Source: Betaproteobacteria bacterium
GTDB taxonomy: Bacteria; Pseudomonadota; Gammaproteobacteria; Burkholderiales; JACQAP01
DNA: 64,000 nucleotides
Direction: 5' to 3'
Assembly (NCBI GenBank): GCA_039931685.1
Contig: JBDTRK010000001.1
Span: 7,190-71,189, forward strand
The position numbers and the translations under genes are program-made. Below the pieces are notes generated by a model. It made no database searches and was not told the origin of the DNA. It saw only the letters and a program-made list of their open reading frames with translations. How positions within the stretch are numbered: the first letter of the stretch is position 1; each line of letters opens with the position of its first letter. This document shows, piece by piece, positions 1-12,937 of the stretch.

Positions 1-1
1 A

Positions 2-2098
2 GTCGGGCCACTGGGACTGATGTTCCTGTTCAGCATGGCCGCCTATGGCCAGGACAAGTCGGGCTCACCGTCGCCCAACGTTATTCAGTCGGTGGACGTG
101 TCCACACAGGCCGGGATCGTTACCGTAAAACTCGGTTTCAAAGATGCACTGACCAACCCTCCGGCTGCCTTTACCGTAAACAATCCGCCACGCGTCGCGT
201 TCGATTTTCCGGGGACGGCAAATGGTCTGGGGAAGAATTCGCAGGACGTAAATCAGGGCGATTTGCGCACGATCAGGCTGGGCCAGTCCGGCGGTCGTAC
301 ACGCGTGGTGTTCAATCTCGCAAAAATGGTCAAGTACGACACCAAGATTGACGGCAGCACGCTTCTCATTACCTTTGCAGGCGGAGCGGCCGCCGCGACG
401 GCCGCGACCGCCGAGTCTTCCACGGCATTTGCCGAACCCAAGGCCGGAGGCGAAGGCCACGCGGTGCGCGACGTTGATTTTCGTCGCGGGCGCAATGGAG
501 AAGCGCAGATCATCGTTGATCTCTCGGATGCTTCGACCGGAATCGATTTGCGCCAGCAGGGGAAAAGCATTCTGGTCGATTTCATTCAGACCGCATTGCC
601 GCCTGCACTTGAGCGGCGATTCGATGTTACCGACTTCGGCACTCAGGTCGACAATTTCGAAGTCACGCGGATTGGCGCCAACACACGCATAACCATAGTT
701 CCGAAGGGGCGCTGGGAGCAGTCCGCCTATCAGACCGACAACCGATTCATTATCGAAGTCAAGCCGATCGTCGAGGAGGCCGGCAAACCAAAGGCCGCCA
801 GCGGCTATACCGGAGACAAGCTGTCCCTGAATTTCCAGAATATCGAAGTGCGCGCAGTGTTGCAGGTCATTGCCGATTTCACCAGTCTCAATATTATTAC
901 CAGCGATACCGTAAGCGGCAACTTGACCCTGCGACTGAAAGATGTGCCGTGGGATCAGGCACTCGACATCATTTTGCAGGCCAAGGGACTCGATATGCGA
1001 AAGACCGGCAATGTGGTCTGGATTGCGCCCCGAGACGAACTTGCCACCAAGGAGAAACTCGCTCTGGAGTCGCGGCAACAGCTATCCGACCTGGAACCCT
1101 TGCGTACGGAAAGCTTCCAGCTCAACTATCAGAAGGCGGAAGATTTTCAGAAGGTCATCACCGACGCAACGCAAAGAATCCTTTCCAAGCGCGGCAGTGC
1201 GGTCATCGACGCCAGGACGAACCAGATCTTTGTCCAAGACACGCCCTCGAAGCTCGACGAAGTCCGGGATCTGTTGAAGAAAACAGACAAGGCTGTGCGC
1301 CAGGTACTGATCGAAGCCCGCATTGTCGAGGCTACCGATACCTTCAGTCGCAACGTCGGTGCCCGTCTGGGTTATAACGATACCACGGGTCGAGGCGACC
1401 AGATTCCTGGCGGTACCCGCAGAGCACTTATTGGCGGAGGACTAAATGCAACCGGGACAGCGACTGGGCAGGCAACCGGCGCAGGTTTCCTGACGGATAC
1501 GACTTTCACGAATATGGCAGCTCCCGGTCTGGGCGGCGTGCTTCCGGGACAGCTCTCCTTGATTCTGATGAACGACGCGATGACCAAGTTTCTGAATCTC
1601 GAAATCAGCGCGCTGCAGGCGGACGGCAAGGGCAAGATCATTTCCAGTCCGCGCGTCATTACCGCCGACAACGTGGAAGCTCTCATCGAACAGGGCACCG
1701 AAATTCCTTACCAGCAGGCAACGAGCAGCGGCGCGACCAGCGTTTCCTTCCGCAAGGCGACCCTCAGCCTCAAGGTCAAGCCGCAGATTACGCCCGACGA
1801 CAACATCATGATGAAGTTGAACGTCAACAAGGACAGTGTTGGCGCAAATACCAGCGCCGGCCCGGCCATCGATACCAAACAGGTATCAACGGAAGTTCTG
1901 GTGGAAAACGGCGGTACCGTGGGTCTGGGCGGTATTTACACCCAGGAAGAGTCTTCGACCCTGACCAAAGTACCGTTGCTTGGGGATATTCCACTTCTGG
2001 GATTTTTCTTTCGCCAGGACTTGAAACGCAATGACAAGCGCGAATTGCTGATATTCGTGACGCCTCGCGTAATCAAGGACGCCTTGAGCGTGCGTTGA
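2..2098 (+). CDS. pilQ: Type IV pilus secretin PilQ (5' partial; frame is open to the window edge)
   Basis: 692-aa ORF. Has N-terminal AMIN-like region, a secretin C-terminal domain (LLGDIPLLGFFFR...ELLIFVTPRVI) and pilQ-aroK-aroB synteny. No stop codon upstream of the ATG at 20. Confidence 0.9.
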   Translation, partial: VGPLGLMFLFSMAAYGQDKSGSPSPNVIQSVDVSTQAGIVTVKLGFKDALTNPPAAFTVNNPPRVAFDFPGTANGLGKNSQDVNQGDLRTIRLGQSGGRTRVVFNLAKMVKYDTKIDGSTLLITFAGGAAAATAATAESSTAFAEPKAGGEGHAVRDVDFRRGRNGEAQIIVDLSDASTGIDLRQQGKSILVDFIQTALPPALERRFDVTDFGTQVDNFEVTRIGANTRITIVPKGRWEQSAYQTDNRFIIEVKPIVEEAGKPKAASGYTGDKLSLNFQNIEVRAVLQVIADFTSLNIITSDTVSGNLTLRLKDVPWDQALDIILQAKGLDMRKTGNVVWIAPRDELATKEKLALESRQQLSDLEPLRTESFQLNYQKAEDFQKVITDATQRILSKRGSAVIDARTNQIFVQDTPSKLDEVRDLLKKTDKAVRQVLIEARIVEATDTFSRNVGARLGYNDTTGRGDQIPGGTRRALIGGGLNATGTATGQATGAGFLTDTTFTNMAAPGLGGVLPGQLSLILMNDAMTKFLNLEISALQADGKGKIISSPRVITADNVEALIEQGTEIPYQQATSSGATSVSFRKATLSLKVKPQITPDDNIMMKLNVNKDSVGANTSAGPAIDTKQVSTEVLVENGGTVGLGGIYTQEESSTLTKVPLLGDIPLLGFFFRQDLKRNDKRELLIFVTPRVIKDALSVR

Positions 2099-2114
2099 AC
2101 AAACAGGATTCCCG

Positions 2115-2145
2115 ACGGCCGCAGAGATCTGCGGCCGTTTTTTTT
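2115..2145 (+). terminator. Rho-independent terminator after pilQ
   Basis: ACGGCCGCAGA/TCTGCGGCCGT inverted repeat followed by a T8 run. Confidence 0.7.
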
Positions 2146-2186
2146 CGTCCACCCTCCGCATGCAGAGGTTTCGCTAGAATGGACGT

Positions 2187-2786
2187 ATGCGCACTGCCGA
2201 TCCCGTATTTGTCGAGAAAGCCGATTCGGCCACGGGGGGAAGTATTTTTCTGGTCGGAATGATGGGTGCAGGTAAAACCTCGGTTGGGCGCGTTCTGGCG
2301 AAGCGTCTGAACAGGCGGTTTTACGACTCGGATCATGTTATCGAGGAACGCACCGGCGTTAAAATACCGGTGATCTTCGAAATTGAGGGCGAGTCAGGTT
2401 TTCGTCATCGTGAATCTGCGGTCATCGATGAATTAAGCCTGCTCACCGACGTCGTGCTCGCCACGGGCGGGGGCGCGGTACTGGCCAGAGAAAACAGGGA
2501 AAGGCTACGAGCGAGGGGCACGGTGGTCTATCTGCGGGCGAGCGTCAAAGATCTCCTAAACCGGACGCGGCACGACAAGAATCGCCCGCTTTTGCAGACC
2601 GCGGATCCTCGCGGCCGGCTCAATGAACTGTTCGAGATGCGTGACCCGCTCTACAGGGAAATTGCACACGTCACGATCGACACCGGCAGTCAAAGCCTTG
2701 CCACACTAGTGAATCGACTCCATCAGATACTCGAAAGCCGGATTGATCGACCTGGCGTAACGGACCAACCACAATGCAAACCGTAA
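2187..2786 (+). CDS. aroK: Shikimate kinase
   Basis: Walker [13 protein letters not shown], shikimate kinase-like length, directly upstream of and overlapping aroB. Confidence 0.9.
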   Translation: MRTADPVFVEKADSATGGSIFLVGMMGAGKTSVGRVLAKRLNRRFYDSDHVIEERTGVKIPVIFEIEGESGFRHRESAVIDELSLLTDVVLATGGGAVLARENRERLRARGTVVYLRASVKDLLNRTRHDKNRPLLQTADPRGRLNELFEMRDPLYREIAHVTIDTGSQSLATLVNRLHQILESRIDRPGVTDQPQCKP

Positions 2787-3862
2787 CTGTCGGCCTGGGC
2801 GATCGAACGTATCCGATTCATATCGGTGAAGGATTGCTTTCGCGAGCCGAACTGTTGTTGCCGCATCTGCTTCAGCGCAAGGTTGCATTAGTCACAAATA
2901 CCACAGTTGCTCCGCTCTATCTCGAAAAACTCAGCGCGACACTGCGCGGCGCAGGGATCGAGGTCGTGCCAGTGGTACTGCCCGACGGGGAGCAACACAA
3001 GAACTGGCAGACCTTGAATACTATTTTCGATACGTTGTTGTCGCGTCGTTGCGAACGAAAGTCGACAGTCATTGCGCTTGGCGGCGGGGTGGTCGGCGAT
3101 CTCGCCGGATTTGCCGCGGCAAGTTATCAGCGAGGCGTACCGTTCATTCAGGTGCCAACTACCTTGCTTGCCCAGGTGGATTCATCCGTCGGCGGTAAGA
3201 CGGCTATCAATCATCCGCTCGGAAAAAACATGATCGGCGCGTTCTATCAACCGCGCGTTGTTCTGGCTGATACGGAAGTACTCAACTCGCTGCCCTCTCG
3301 AGAGCTGTCCGCCGGCCTGGCCGAGGTAATCAAGTACGGATTGATTATGGATTTGCCATTCCTGGGGTGGCTGGAAGCCAATATGGATAATTTGATCAAA
3401 CGCGACCCCCTCGCGCTGGCCTACGCGGTTACCCGTTCGTGCGAGAACAAGGCAGCGGTGGTAGCCGCGGACGAACGCGATACCGGCGAGCGCGCGCTGC
3501 TCAATCTCGGCCATACGTTTGGACACGCTATAGAAGCCGGGCTGGGATTCGGTACCTGGCTGCATGGCGAAGCGGTGGCGGCGGGGACCATACTAGCGGC
3601 GCGGCTTTCCCGGCGCATGGGGATGTTGGCGGACGGAGACGTGGAGCGCGTAGCCCGCCTTTTCCTCAGGGCGGGCTTGCCTGTTGAGGCGCCTGCGCTG
3701 GGCCAGGAACGATTCCTCGAACTCATGGGCCACGACAAGAAAGTAGAGGATGGAAGGCTTCGGCTTGTGCTGCTCCAGTCCCTGGGAAAGGCTTTCGCCA
3801 CTTCGGATTTTGATTTGCGGGACCTGCGCGATGTCCTCGCGGGTACGGCCGCGCATGTATGA
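2774..3862 (+). CDS. aroB: 3-dehydroquinate synthase
   Basis: 362 aa. [13 protein letters not shown] nucleotide-binding motif and metal-binding HGEAVA region; overlaps aroK by 13 nt. Confidence 0.95.
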   Translation: MQTVTVGLGDRTYPIHIGEGLLSRAELLLPHLLQRKVALVTNTTVAPLYLEKLSATLRGAGIEVVPVVLPDGEQHKNWQTLNTIFDTLLSRRCERKSTVIALGGGVVGDLAGFAAASYQRGVPFIQVPTTLLAQVDSSVGGKTAINHPLGKNMIGAFYQPRVVLADTEVLNSLPSRELSAGLAEVIKYGLIMDLPFLGWLEANMDNLIKRDPLALAYAVTRSCENKAAVVAADERDTGERALLNLGHTFGHAIEAGLGFGTWLHGEAVAAGTILAARLSRRMGMLADGDVERVARLFLRAGLPVEAPALGQERFLELMGHDKKVEDGRLRLVLLQSLGKAFATSDFDLRDLRDVLAGTAAHV

Positions 3863-4976
3863 ACTGGCGGCCTTTGCCGCCGACCCGGAGACCTCACGCG
3901 GTAGGAGGTTCGGTGAAACTGTGCCGGTCGGTCGTACCGAATTCCAGAGGGACCGCGACCGCATCGTGCACTCGACGGCCTTCCGTCGTCTTGAATACAA
4001 GACCCAGGTTTTCGTCAACCATGAAGGTGACCTGTTTCGCACGCGGCTGACACATAGCATCGAAGTCGCGCAGATCGGGCGTTCGGTCGCCCGCAATCTG
4101 CGCCTCAATGAAGATCTCGTGGAAGCGGTTTCGCTGGCCCACGATCTCGGGCATACGCCCTTCGGCCATGCCGGCCAGGACGCGCTCAACGATTGCATGA
4201 AAGATCATGGTGGTTTCGAGCACAATTTGCAGTCTCTACGTGTCGTCGATGTTCTCGAACGGCGCTATGCCGCGTTCGAAGGCTTGAACCTTTGCTTTGA
4301 GACCCGCGAGGGCATCTTGAAGCACTGCTCGGTGAAGAACGCGCGCACCCTGGGTGAAATTGGCGAACGCTTCATTCGCAAACAACAACCGTCTCTGGAA
4401 GCGCAAATCGCCAATCTGGCCGATGAAATCGCCTACAACAATCATGACGTTGACGACGGATTGCGGTCCGGACTGATTTCCATTGAGCAATTGTCGTCGG
4501 TGGGCATATTCTCGCGGCATCTCGATGGCGTCAAAGCCCAATATCCAGCTCTCGTCGATCGTCGCCTGATTCACGAGACGGTGAGGCGCATGATCAATAC
4601 GCTGGTTTCGGACCTTACCGAGACGAGCCGGGCGTTAATCGCCCAGCATCGCCCCGGCGGAATGGAAGACGTGCGCAATGCTCCTGCGCTGATCGCGTTC
4701 AGCGTGGGTATTCGGGAAGAACAGCAGGAACTCAAGAAATTCCTGCAAAAGCACCTGTACCAGCATTACAAGGTGGCGCGCATGAGCAACAAAGCCAGGC
4801 GCATCGTCAACGAGCTGTTCCGGACGTTTCTGGATAATGCCCGATTGTTGCCGCCGGAATTTCAGGTCCGCGCCGAGGCGAACCTGGCCAGGGCGATAGC
4901 CGACTATGTGGCCGGAATGACCGACCGCTACGCGATCCGCGAGCACCGTCGCCTGTTTGCCGTGGAAGAAACCTGA
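3855..4976 (+). CDS. dGTP triphosphohydrolase-like HD-domain protein
   Basis: HD motifs [10 protein letters not shown] and [13 protein letters not shown]. Start moved to the ATG at 3855 (MYELAAF), which overlaps the aroB stop by 8 nt. The upstream part of the ORF lies inside aroB. Confidence 0.85.
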   Translation: MYELAAFAADPETSRGRRFGETVPVGRTEFQRDRDRIVHSTAFRRLEYKTQVFVNHEGDLFRTRLTHSIEVAQIGRSVARNLRLNEDLVEAVSLAHDLGHTPFGHAGQDALNDCMKDHGGFEHNLQSLRVVDVLERRYAAFEGLNLCFETREGILKHCSVKNARTLGEIGERFIRKQQPSLEAQIANLADEIAYNNHDVDDGLRSGLISIEQLSSVGIFSRHLDGVKAQYPALVDRRLIHETVRRMINTLVSDLTETSRALIAQHRPGGMEDVRNAPALIAFSVGIREEQQELKKFLQKHLYQHYKVARMSNKARRIVNELFRTFLDNARLLPPEFQVRAEANLARAIADYVAGMTDRYAIREHRRLFAVEET

Positions 4977-5294
4977 ATTCGGGGTTTGTGCCCGGAGGTA
5001 AAGCTCGGTGCGATTAAGGTGGTGATGCGGCCGGGCGGCAACTGCCGTTGTCGCTTCAGGGTTTGAGCGCTTTCGCCGCTGCGAGCTTCGCAGGAACCCG
5101 CTGACCCGACCGGCGTTTGCGGCGAGGCTCGGCCTCCCCCCGGACGGGGGCGAATTGGCTCGTTAGCAGCCGCCCTTTATTGAAAGGCCGCGGGCAATCG
5201 CGGTACCATTGACTGCTCCCCTTGAATTTTCGACAGTCCCGGCAATTTAATTGGGGCAGGCACCCCTACCGATACGGCGCAGAGGCAAGAAGAT

Positions 5295-8200
5295 ATGGCA
5301 CATCCCAATTTACCAGCGAGGCAGGGACTTTATAACCCGGCCAACGAACATGACGCTTGTGGCGTGGGATTTGTCGCGAATATCAAGGGTGAGCGCAGTC
5401 ACACCATCATTGAGCAAGGACTGCTGATCCTCAAGAACCTGACCCACCGCGGTGCGGTCGGAGCCGACCCGCTTGCCGGCGACGGCGCCGGGATTCTGAT
5501 CCAGATTCCGGACCAGTTCTTTCGCGAGGAAATGGCCGACAGGGGCGTCAAGCTTCCGCCGCTCGGTGAGTACGGTGTGGGTATGATCTTCCTGCCCCAG
5601 GAGCCGGCCTCACGACTGGCATGCGAGTACGAAATCGAGCGTGCGATCAAGGACGAGGGGCAGGTGTTGCTGGGCTGGCGCGATGTGCCCTGCGATAGCG
5701 CTGGACTGGGCGAGTCGGTCAAGAAGATTGAGCCAGTTATCCGCCAGGTATTCATCGGTCGTGGCGCCGGGGTGACTGTGACTGACGCCCTGGAGCGCAA
5801 GCTCTACGTCATCCGCAAGGTTTCCGGGCACGCCATCCAGACCCTGAAACTGGAGCACGGCAAGGAATTCTACGTGCCGTCCATGTCGGCACGCACTCTG
5901 GTTTACAAGGGGATGTTGCTGGCCAGCCAGGTCGGCACCTATTACAAAGACCTTTCCGATCCCAGGGTCACGTCGGCGTTGGCGCTGGTCCACCAGCGTT
6001 TCTCGACCAACACCTTCCCGACTTGGGATCTGTCCCACCCGTTCCGCATGATCGCCCATAACGGTGAGATCAATACCCTGCGTGGCAACGTCAACTGGAT
6101 TCGTGCCCGCCAGGGGGCGATTTCCAGTCCGGTCCTGGGCAAGGATCTGGAGAAGGTATGGCCGCTGATTTACGACGGGCAGTCCGATTCCGCGTCATTC
6201 GACAATGCGCTCGAGCTCCTCACCATGAGCGGCTACTCGCTGGCGCACGCCATGATGATGCTGATTCCGGAAGCTTGGGAAAAGCATGCGTTGATGGATC
6301 CGCATCGGCGTGCGTTTTACGAATACCACGCGGCCATGATGGAGCCGTGGGACGGGCCGGCCGCCGTGGCGTTTTCCGATGGTCGTCAGATTGGGGCGAC
6401 ACTGGACAGAAACGGATTGCGTCCGGCGCGCTACCTGGTGACCAGCGACGACATGGTCGTTATGGCTTCCGAAACTGGCGTGCTACCGATTCCCGAAGAA
6501 AAGATCATCAAAAAGTGGCGCTTGCAACCCGGCAAGATGTTCCTGATCGACCTGGAAGCCGGACGGATCATTGACGACAGAGAGCTCAAGGATACGCTCG
6601 CCAGCAGCAAGCCCTATCGCGCCTGGATCGAGCGCATCCGCATCAAGCTCGATGACCTTCCCGCGCCGACGAAGCTCGTCGAGCCAAGCAAAGTACCATT
6701 GCTCGATCGCCAGCAGGCATTCGGCTATACCCAGGAGGATCTCAAGTTCATCTTGAGTCCAATGGCCCAGCAGGGCGAGGAAGCGATCGGCTCGATGGGC
6801 AATGATTCCCCGCTGGCAGTGCTGTCGAACAAGAACAAGCCGCTCTACAACTATTTCAAGCAGCTCTTCGCGCAGGTGACCAACCCGCCGATCGACCCGA
6901 TACGCGAAGATCTGGTGATGTCGCTTGTGTCTTTCATCGGACCGAAGCCCAACCTGCTCGGCATCGACGAGACCAATCCGCCAATGCGCCTGGAAGTGGG
7001 CCAGCCGGTGCTCGACTTCAACCAGATGGATGCCATCCGTCACGTCGACTACTACACCAGCGGCAAGTTCAAGTCGTTCGAGATCGATATTACCTATCCC
7101 GTTGCCTGGGGCACGCAGGCAATCGAGGCGCGCCTCGCCAACCTGTGTGCACAGGCGGAAGACGCGGTGCGTTCCGGTTACAACATCCTGATTGTCTCCG
7201 ACCGCAAAGTAGACGCGGATCATATTGCCATTCCGGCGCTGTTGGCGCTGTCGGCTATTCACCAGCATCTGGTAGGCAAGGGACTGCGCACCAGCGCCGG
7301 TCTGGTGGTCGAAACCGGTTCGGCGCGCGAAGTGCACCATTTTGCGTTGCTTGCCGGTTACGGAGCGGAAGCCATCCATCCTTGCGTGGCTATGGAAACC
7401 ATCTTCCATGCCGAGGCGTCCATACCCGAAGAGTATCGCGGCGAGAAGGGCGTAAAGAATTACGTCAAGGCCGTCGGCAAGGGATTGATGAAAGTGATGT
7501 CCAAGATGGGCATTTCGACCTATATGTCCTATACCGGCGCGCAGATATTCGAAGCGGTCGGCCTGGCGCGGGGGATGGTCGACAAATATTTCACCGGCAC
7601 CACCTCGAACGTCGAAGGAATAGGCGTATTTGAAGTCGCCGACGAAGCCTTGCGTCTGCATCTGGCGGCGTTCGGCGACGACCCGGTCCTGAGCCAGGCA
7701 CTCGATGCCGGCGGAGAATACGCGTTTCGGGTGCGTGGCGAGGAACACATGTGGACCCCGGATGCGATCGCCAAGCTGCAGCACTCCACGCGCACCAACA
7801 GCTTCCAGACATTCAAAGACTACGCCAGGATCATCAACGATCAATCCAGGCGGCACATGACTTTGCGCGGTCTGTTCGAATTCCGCATCGATCCCGCGAA
7901 GTCGATCCCGATCGAGGAAGTCGAACCCGTCAAGGATATCGTTCGGCGATTCGCAACCGGCGCTATGTCGCTGGGGTCGATCTCGACCGAGGCGCATACG
8001 ACACTCGCGATCGCAATGAACCGCATCGGCGGAAAATCCAATACCGGTGAAGGTGGGGAAGATCCGCGCCGGTATGCGCCGATAAAAGCCGGGGAATCCC
8101 TGGCCAGCCGGCTTGGGCGTGATCGCATCCAGCGCGACATCGTTCTGCAGGAGGGCGATTCGTTGCGTTCCAAGATCAAGCAGGTTGCCTCCGGACGCTT

Positions 8201-9947
8201 TGGCGTGACAGCGGAGTATCTCAACAGTGCCGATCAGATCCAGATCAAGATGGCGCAGGGCGCCAAGCCCGGCGAGGGCGGCCAGCTGCCCGGTCACAAG
8301 GTGTCCGAGTACATCGCGGAATTGCGCTTTTCCGTTCCGGGCGTTGGCCTGATTTCACCGCCACCGCATCACGATATTTATTCGATTGAGGATCTGGCGC
8401 AGCTGATCCACGATCTGAAGAACGCAAACCCACGAGCTTCGATCAGCGTCAAACTCGTTTCCGAGGATGGCGTTGGCACGGTAGCGGCCGGGGTATCAAA
8501 GGCGAAGGCCGATCACGTCACCATATCAGGGCACGATGGCGGCACTGGCGCCTCGCCCTGGTCCTCAATCAAGCACGCCGGTACGCCCTGGGAGTTGGGC
8601 CTTGCCGAAACGCAGCAGACTCTTGTGCTGAACAAGTTACGCGGCCGAATCGCGGTGCAGGTCGACGGTCAGATGAAAACCGGACGGGATGTTGCCATCG
8701 GCGCGATCCTCGGCGCCGACGAGTTCGGATTTGCCACCGCGCCGCTGGTGGTTTCCGGCTGCATCATGATGCGCAAGTGCCATCTGAACACCTGCCCGGT
8801 CGGCGTGGCTACTCAGGATCCCGAGCTGCGCAAGAAATTCAAAGGGCAGCCCGAGCATGTTGTGAACTTCTTTTTCTTTATTGCTGAAGAAGTACGCGAA
8901 ATCATGGCCAGCCTTGGCATCCGCGCGCTCGGCGACTTGATCGGTCGCACAGACTTGCTTGAGATGAAGCACGGCATTGAGCATTGGAAAGCGAAAGGGT
9001 TGGATTTCTCGCGTATTTTCCACATGCCGCAGATGCCGCCGGAAGTGGCAATTTACAATTCCGAAAGACAGGATCACGGGCTCGAAAAGGCGCTCGACCA
9101 CAGGCTTATCGAACTGGCGCAGCCGGCCATTCAGCGCGGCGAGAAAGTCACCATCGAGATGCCGATCCGCAACGTCAATCGCACGGTCGGAACCATGCTC
9201 TCGTCGGAAGTGGCGCGCAAATATGGCAATTCCGGCCTGGACGACGACACCATTCATGTGCGCTTCGCGGGAAGCGCTGGACAGAGCTTTGGCGCATTTC
9301 TCGCCAGGGGTATCACGCTCGACCTGATTGGTGAAGCCAACGACTATGTCGGCAAGGGTTTGTCCGGAGGGCGCATCTCGGTGCAGCCCTCGCCGAAGTT
9401 CCGCGGCAAGCCGCGCGACAACATCATCATCGGCAATACCGCACTGTACGGCGCGGTCGCGGGTGAGGCGTATTTCCGCGGTGTGGCTGGCGAGCGTTTC
9501 TGTGTGCGCAACTCTGGTGCCCAGGCGGTCGTCGAAGGTGTCGGCGACCACGGTTGCGAATACATGACCGGCGGCACGGTTTTAGTGCTTGGCATGACCG
9601 GACGCAATTTTGCTGCCGGGATGTCCGGTGGAATTGCGTACGTGCTGGACGAGGACGGCAGCTTCGCCAGCCGATGCAACCCGTCGATGGTGCAGACCGA
9701 GACGGTTCTCGCTGAAGCGGAACAGGAAGCCCGCGTTGCGCGCGACATATGGCACATGGGACAGTCCGACGAATCGATCCTCAAAGGGTTTATCGAACAA
9801 CATGCGCGCTATTGCAACAGCGCGCGCGCCCGGGAAATTCTCGACGACTGGGCCGCGTGGCGCACCCGGTTCGTCAAAGTATTCCCGACGGAATACCGCC
9901 GCGCTTTGGGCGAAATGGCAGCCAAACGGCGCAAGCTGGCGGCATAA
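5295..9947 (+). CDS. gltB: Glutamate synthase (NADPH) large subunit
   Basis: 1550 aa. N-terminal Ntn amidotransferase (CGVGFVA), FMN/Fe-S central domain and C-terminal GXGXG domain. Confidence 0.97.
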   Translation: MAHPNLPARQGLYNPANEHDACGVGFVANIKGERSHTIIEQGLLILKNLTHRGAVGADPLAGDGAGILIQIPDQFFREEMADRGVKLPPLGEYGVGMIFLPQEPASRLACEYEIERAIKDEGQVLLGWRDVPCDSAGLGESVKKIEPVIRQVFIGRGAGVTVTDALERKLYVIRKVSGHAIQTLKLEHGKEFYVPSMSARTLVYKGMLLASQVGTYYKDLSDPRVTSALALVHQRFSTNTFPTWDLSHPFRMIAHNGEINTLRGNVNWIRARQGAISSPVLGKDLEKVWPLIYDGQSDSASFDNALELLTMSGYSLAHAMMMLIPEAWEKHALMDPHRRAFYEYHAAMMEPWDGPAAVAFSDGRQIGATLDRNGLRPARYLVTSDDMVVMASETGVLPIPEEKIIKKWRLQPGKMFLIDLEAGRIIDDRELKDTLASSKPYRAWIERIRIKLDDLPAPTKLVEPSKVPLLDRQQAFGYTQEDLKFILSPMAQQGEEAIGSMGNDSPLAVLSNKNKPLYNYFKQLFAQVTNPPIDPIREDLVMSLVSFIGPKPNLLGIDETNPPMRLEVGQPVLDFNQMDAIRHVDYYTSGKFKSFEIDITYPVAWGTQAIEARLANLCAQAEDAVRSGYNILIVSDRKVDADHIAIPALLALSAIHQHLVGKGLRTSAGLVVETGSAREVHHFALLAGYGAEAIHPCVAMETIFHAEASIPEEYRGEKGVKNYVKAVGKGLMKVMSKMGISTYMSYTGAQIFEAVGLARGMVDKYFTGTTSNVEGIGVFEVADEALRLHLAAFGDDPVLSQALDAGGEYAFRVRGEEHMWTPDAIAKLQHSTRTNSFQTFKDYARIINDQSRRHMTLRGLFEFRIDPAKSIPIEEVEPVKDIVRRFATGAMSLGSISTEAHTTLAIAMNRIGGKSNTGEGGEDPRRYAPIKAGESLASRLGRDRIQRDIVLQEGDSLRSKIKQVASGRFGVTAEYLNSADQIQIKMAQGAKPGEGGQLPGHKVSEYIAELRFSVPGVGLISPPPHHDIYSIEDLAQLIHDLKNANPRASISVKLVSEDGVGTVAAGVSKAKADHVTISGHDGGTGASPWSSIKHAGTPWELGLAETQQTLVLNKLRGRIAVQVDGQMKTGRDVAIGAILGADEFGFATAPLVVSGCIMMRKCHLNTCPVGVATQDPELRKKFKGQPEHVVNFFFFIAEEVREIMASLGIRALGDLIGRTDLLEMKHGIEHWKAKGLDFSRIFHMPQMPPEVAIYNSERQDHGLEKALDHRLIELAQPAIQRGEKVTIEMPIRNVNRTVGTMLSSEVARKYGNSGLDDDTIHVRFAGSAGQSFGAFLARGITLDLIGEANDYVGKGLSGGRISVQPSPKFRGKPRDNIIIGNTALYGAVAGEAYFRGVAGERFCVRNSGAQAVVEGVGDHGCEYMTGGTVLVLGMTGRNFAAGMSGGIAYVLDEDGSFASRCNPSMVQTETVLAEAEQEARVARDIWHMGQSDESILKGFIEQHARYCNSARAREILDDWAAWRTRFVKVFPTEYRRALGEMAAKRRKLAA

Positions 9948-10034
9948 CTACTTAAGGGTTGCGCCTTGTGCCGCGAAGCCTGCGGTTCCTGGCATGATCG
10001 CGCCCCGGTAACTGACGATCTAGGGAATGCAAGA

Positions 10035-11465
10035 ATGGGCAAGATAACCGGATTTATGGAGTACCAGCGCCTGACCGAAGTTGCGGAGGACAAGCGCGAG
10101 CGCGTCAAGCACTACCGCGAATTCGTACTTCATCTATCCGATCAGGAGGCCGGTGTGCAGGGCGCGCGCTGCATGGACTGTGGCATTCCGTTCTGCATGA
10201 CCGGCTGCCCAGTCAACAACATCATTCCGGACTGGAACGACCTGGTCTACAAGCAGGATTGGCGGCAGGCGCTCGACGTGTTGCATTCGACCAACAATTT
10301 TCCGGAGTTTACCGGTCGAATCTGTCCGGCACCGTGTGAGGCCGCGTGCACGCTGAACATCAACAATGATCCGGTCGGGATCAAGTCCATCGAGCATGCG
10401 ATCATCGATAAAGGCTGGGAGCAGGGTTGGGTCGTTGCGCAACCGCCCAAGCGCAAGACCGGCAAGAAAGTCGCAGTAATCGGATCGGGTCCCGCCGGCC
10501 TTGCCTGTGCGCAGCAACTCGCCCGCGCCGGGCATGCCGTGGCCGTGTTCGAAAAGAACGATCGAATTGGTGGCCTTCTGCGTTACGGCATTCCCGATTT
10601 TAAAATGGAGAAGCACACCATCGACCTGCGTATGGTGCAGATGCGGGCAGAAGGGGTTGAGTTCCGCACAAATCAGCACGTCGGGCAGAACGTCAGTGCC
10701 AAGGATATTCTGGCTGAATTCGATGCCGTGGCGCTTACCGGCGGTGCGGAAAATCCGCGCGATCTCCCTGTGCCGGGCCGCAATCTGGAGGGCGTGTATT
10801 TCGCCATGCAATTCCTGCCACTGCAGAATAAGGTCGATGCCGGCGATAAGGTTGCGAACCAGATACTCGCGACGGGCAAACATGTGGTCGTCATCGGCGG
10901 GGGAGATACCGGATCGGACTGCGTCGGCACGTCGAATCGGCAGGGCGCAGCTTCGGTCACCCAGTTCGAACTGCTGCCGCAGCCCCCGGAGCAGGAGAAC
11001 AAGCCGCTGGTCTGGCCTTACTGGCCGATCAAGCTGCGCACCTCCTCGTCGCATGAAGAAGGCTGTGAGCGCGACTGGGCGGTGGCCACCAAGGAATTCA
11101 TCGGCGAAAACGGCAAGGTCAAGAAAGTCAGGATTGTCAGAGTCGAATGGAAGGAAGGCAAAATGATCGAGGTTCCCGGGTCGGAGACCGAGATCAAGGC
11201 CGATCTGGTGTTGCTGGCCATGGGTTTTTTGGGGCCGGTGCAAACCGGATTGATCGAACAGTTTGCGGTCGAGAAAGACGCGCGCAGCAACGTGAAGGCA
11301 GACACAGACGGCACGAAAGCTTATTACACTTCGGTCCCCAGAGTCTTCGCCGCCGGCGACATGCGTCGCGGTCAGTCGCTGGTCGTTTGGGCAATTCGAG
11401 AAGGACGTCAATGCGCTCGCTCGGTGGACGAGTTTTTGACGGGCCGTTCGGATCTGCCGCGCTGA
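10035..11465 (+). CDS. gltD: Glutamate synthase small subunit
   Basis: Starts [12 protein letters not shown]. Has Cys clusters and the [10 protein letters not shown] dinucleotide fold. The ORF-track start at 9966 is an N-terminal over-extension. Confidence 0.95.
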   Translation: MGKITGFMEYQRLTEVAEDKRERVKHYREFVLHLSDQEAGVQGARCMDCGIPFCMTGCPVNNIIPDWNDLVYKQDWRQALDVLHSTNNFPEFTGRICPAPCEAACTLNINNDPVGIKSIEHAIIDKGWEQGWVVAQPPKRKTGKKVAVIGSGPAGLACAQQLARAGHAVAVFEKNDRIGGLLRYGIPDFKMEKHTIDLRMVQMRAEGVEFRTNQHVGQNVSAKDILAEFDAVALTGGAENPRDLPVPGRNLEGVYFAMQFLPLQNKVDAGDKVANQILATGKHVVVIGGGDTGSDCVGTSNRQGAASVTQFELLPQPPEQENKPLVWPYWPIKLRTSSSHEEGCERDWAVATKEFIGENGKVKKVRIVRVEWKEGKMIEVPGSETEIKADLVLLAMGFLGPVQTGLIEQFAVEKDARSNVKADTDGTKAYYTSVPRVFAAGDMRRGQSLVVWAIREGRQCARSVDEFLTGRSDLPR

Positions 11466-11556
11466 ATTGCTGGCTGTCGGCAATGAATACCTGAAGGCGC
11501 AGGATTGTTGCGCCGTGTCCTCCTCCCCGATCAAGATTACTGATTAATTCCGCGAC

Positions 11557-12618
11557 GTGTCCCGACCGAAAAACGATGTATTTTTGCGCGCACTGCTACG
11601 TGAGCCGACGCCCTATACCCCGGTCTGGATCATGCGGCAGGCGGGCCGCTACCTCGCCGAATACAATCAGACGCGGGCTCGCGCCGGAAGCTTTCTGGAC
11701 CTGTGCAAGAACCCCGATTTCGCCACGGAAGTCACGTTGCAACCGCTAGCGCGCTTTCCGCTCGACGCTGCAATCTTGTTTTCGGACATCCTCACCATTC
11801 CCGATGCGATGGGACTTGGCCTTTATTTCGCGGACGGCGAAGGCCCGCGCTTCCATCACCCGCTACGCGACGAAGAAGATGTGCGCCGATTGGTTGCGCC
11901 CGATCCGGCAGTGAAGTTGCGTTACGTATTGGACGCCGTCGCCCAGATCCGCAAAGCCCTGGCGGGCTCGATTCCCTTGATCGGTTTCTCCGGCAGTCCG
12001 TTTACGCTTGCGTGCTACATGATCGAAGGACGTGGCGGCACCGATTTCCACGAGACCAAGAAGATGTTGTACGGGCGACCGGCGTTATTGCACCAACTCC
12101 TGGAGGTCAATGCGAATGCGGTGACGGATTACCTCAACGCGCAAATCGAAGCCGGCGTTCAGGCGGTGATGGTCTTCGATACATGGGGGGGTATGCTGGA
12201 AGGTGGAGCATTCCATGAATTTTCCCTTCGTTACATCGAACGGGTATGCGGCCAGCTTCGAAGGGAGCGCGACGGCCAGAAAATTCCGCGTATTGTCTTT
12301 ACCAAAGGCGGAGGCTTGTGGCTGGAAAGTCTTGCGCAATGCGGGGCCGATGCGCTGGGGCTGGACTGGACTGTCGATATCGGACAGGCACGCGCGCGTG
12401 TCGGTGATCGCGTGGCGCTTCAGGGAAATCTCGATCCCGCAGTGCTTCTGGCAACGCCGGAGGTCATACGCCGGGAGGCGGCCAGGATACTAGCGGCCTA
12501 TGGGCACGGCGAAGGCCATGTTTTCAATCTCGGCCATGGCATTTCCCAGTTCACCGCGCCTGACAATGTGGCCGCACTGGTTGACGCAGTACACTCGGAA
12601 AGCGCGCAATTTCATTGA
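11557..12618 (+). CDS. hemE: Uroporphyrinogen decarboxylase
   Basis: GTG start. [15 protein letters not shown] signature, 353 aa. Confidence 0.95.
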   Translation: MSRPKNDVFLRALLREPTPYTPVWIMRQAGRYLAEYNQTRARAGSFLDLCKNPDFATEVTLQPLARFPLDAAILFSDILTIPDAMGLGLYFADGEGPRFHHPLRDEEDVRRLVAPDPAVKLRYVLDAVAQIRKALAGSIPLIGFSGSPFTLACYMIEGRGGTDFHETKKMLYGRPALLHQLLEVNANAVTDYLNAQIEAGVQAVMVFDTWGGMLEGGAFHEFSLRYIERVCGQLRRERDGQKIPRIVFTKGGGLWLESLAQCGADALGLDWTVDIGQARARVGDRVALQGNLDPAVLLATPEVIRREAARILAAYGHGEGHVFNLGHGISQFTAPDNVAALVDAVHSESAQFH

Positions 12619-12937
12619 TCGGTTTGAGTTCGCCGCTGCGCGAAACCTTGATCCTTATGCACAATTGGCTGGCCTCAGGCGCCGAAATGTAGCGGTGGCG
12701 CGCCTGTCTCAGGAGTTTATTTGTAACGTATTGAAAATAGGTAGTTTATTTATCTTGACACGCTCGATCCCGCGCCCCTTCTGGGTTTCAGGCAGATTTC
12801 CCAGAGAGGCGTAGCAGGATTTCATCAACAGAATTATCCACAGTTGGCCCGAGACCCGAAAAAGCCTTTTTCCTAAAGCCAGTTAGAGACCGGCTGCCGG
12901 GTTCATGCGACCCCGGCGAATTATCCGCCGACAAAAT

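Noticed and set aside
6483-8297. 604-aa ORF antisense to gltB. Similar long antisense or alternate-frame ORFs occur at 10134-11534, 14054-15061, 17511-18557, 32116-32976, 33962-35137, 39053-39922, 43829-44680, 54542-56656 and elsewhere.
   Set aside because: Each lies opposite or out of frame to a gene with unmistakable family motifs. Their translations are Arg/Gly/Ala/His-rich low-complexity strings, typical of stop-codon-poor frames in high-GC DNA.
9966-10034. N-terminal extensions in the ORF track: gltD from 9966, the dGTPase-like gene from 3750, groES from 26667, dctP from 31118, argH to 56836, the pilin from 59247, the NHase alpha-like gene from 42935.
   Set aside because: The extensions overlap upstream genes or regulatory elements and do not resemble the family N-termini. 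Internal starts with an RBS or tight stop/start coupling fit better.
12619-12937. The idea that the hemE-priA intergenic region is the chromosomal origin (oriC).
   Set aside because: Only two DnaA-box matches are present. Genes on both sides are transcribed in the same direction, so there is no strand switch. No dnaA, dnaN or gidA is nearby. It is kept only as a low-interest regulatory observation.
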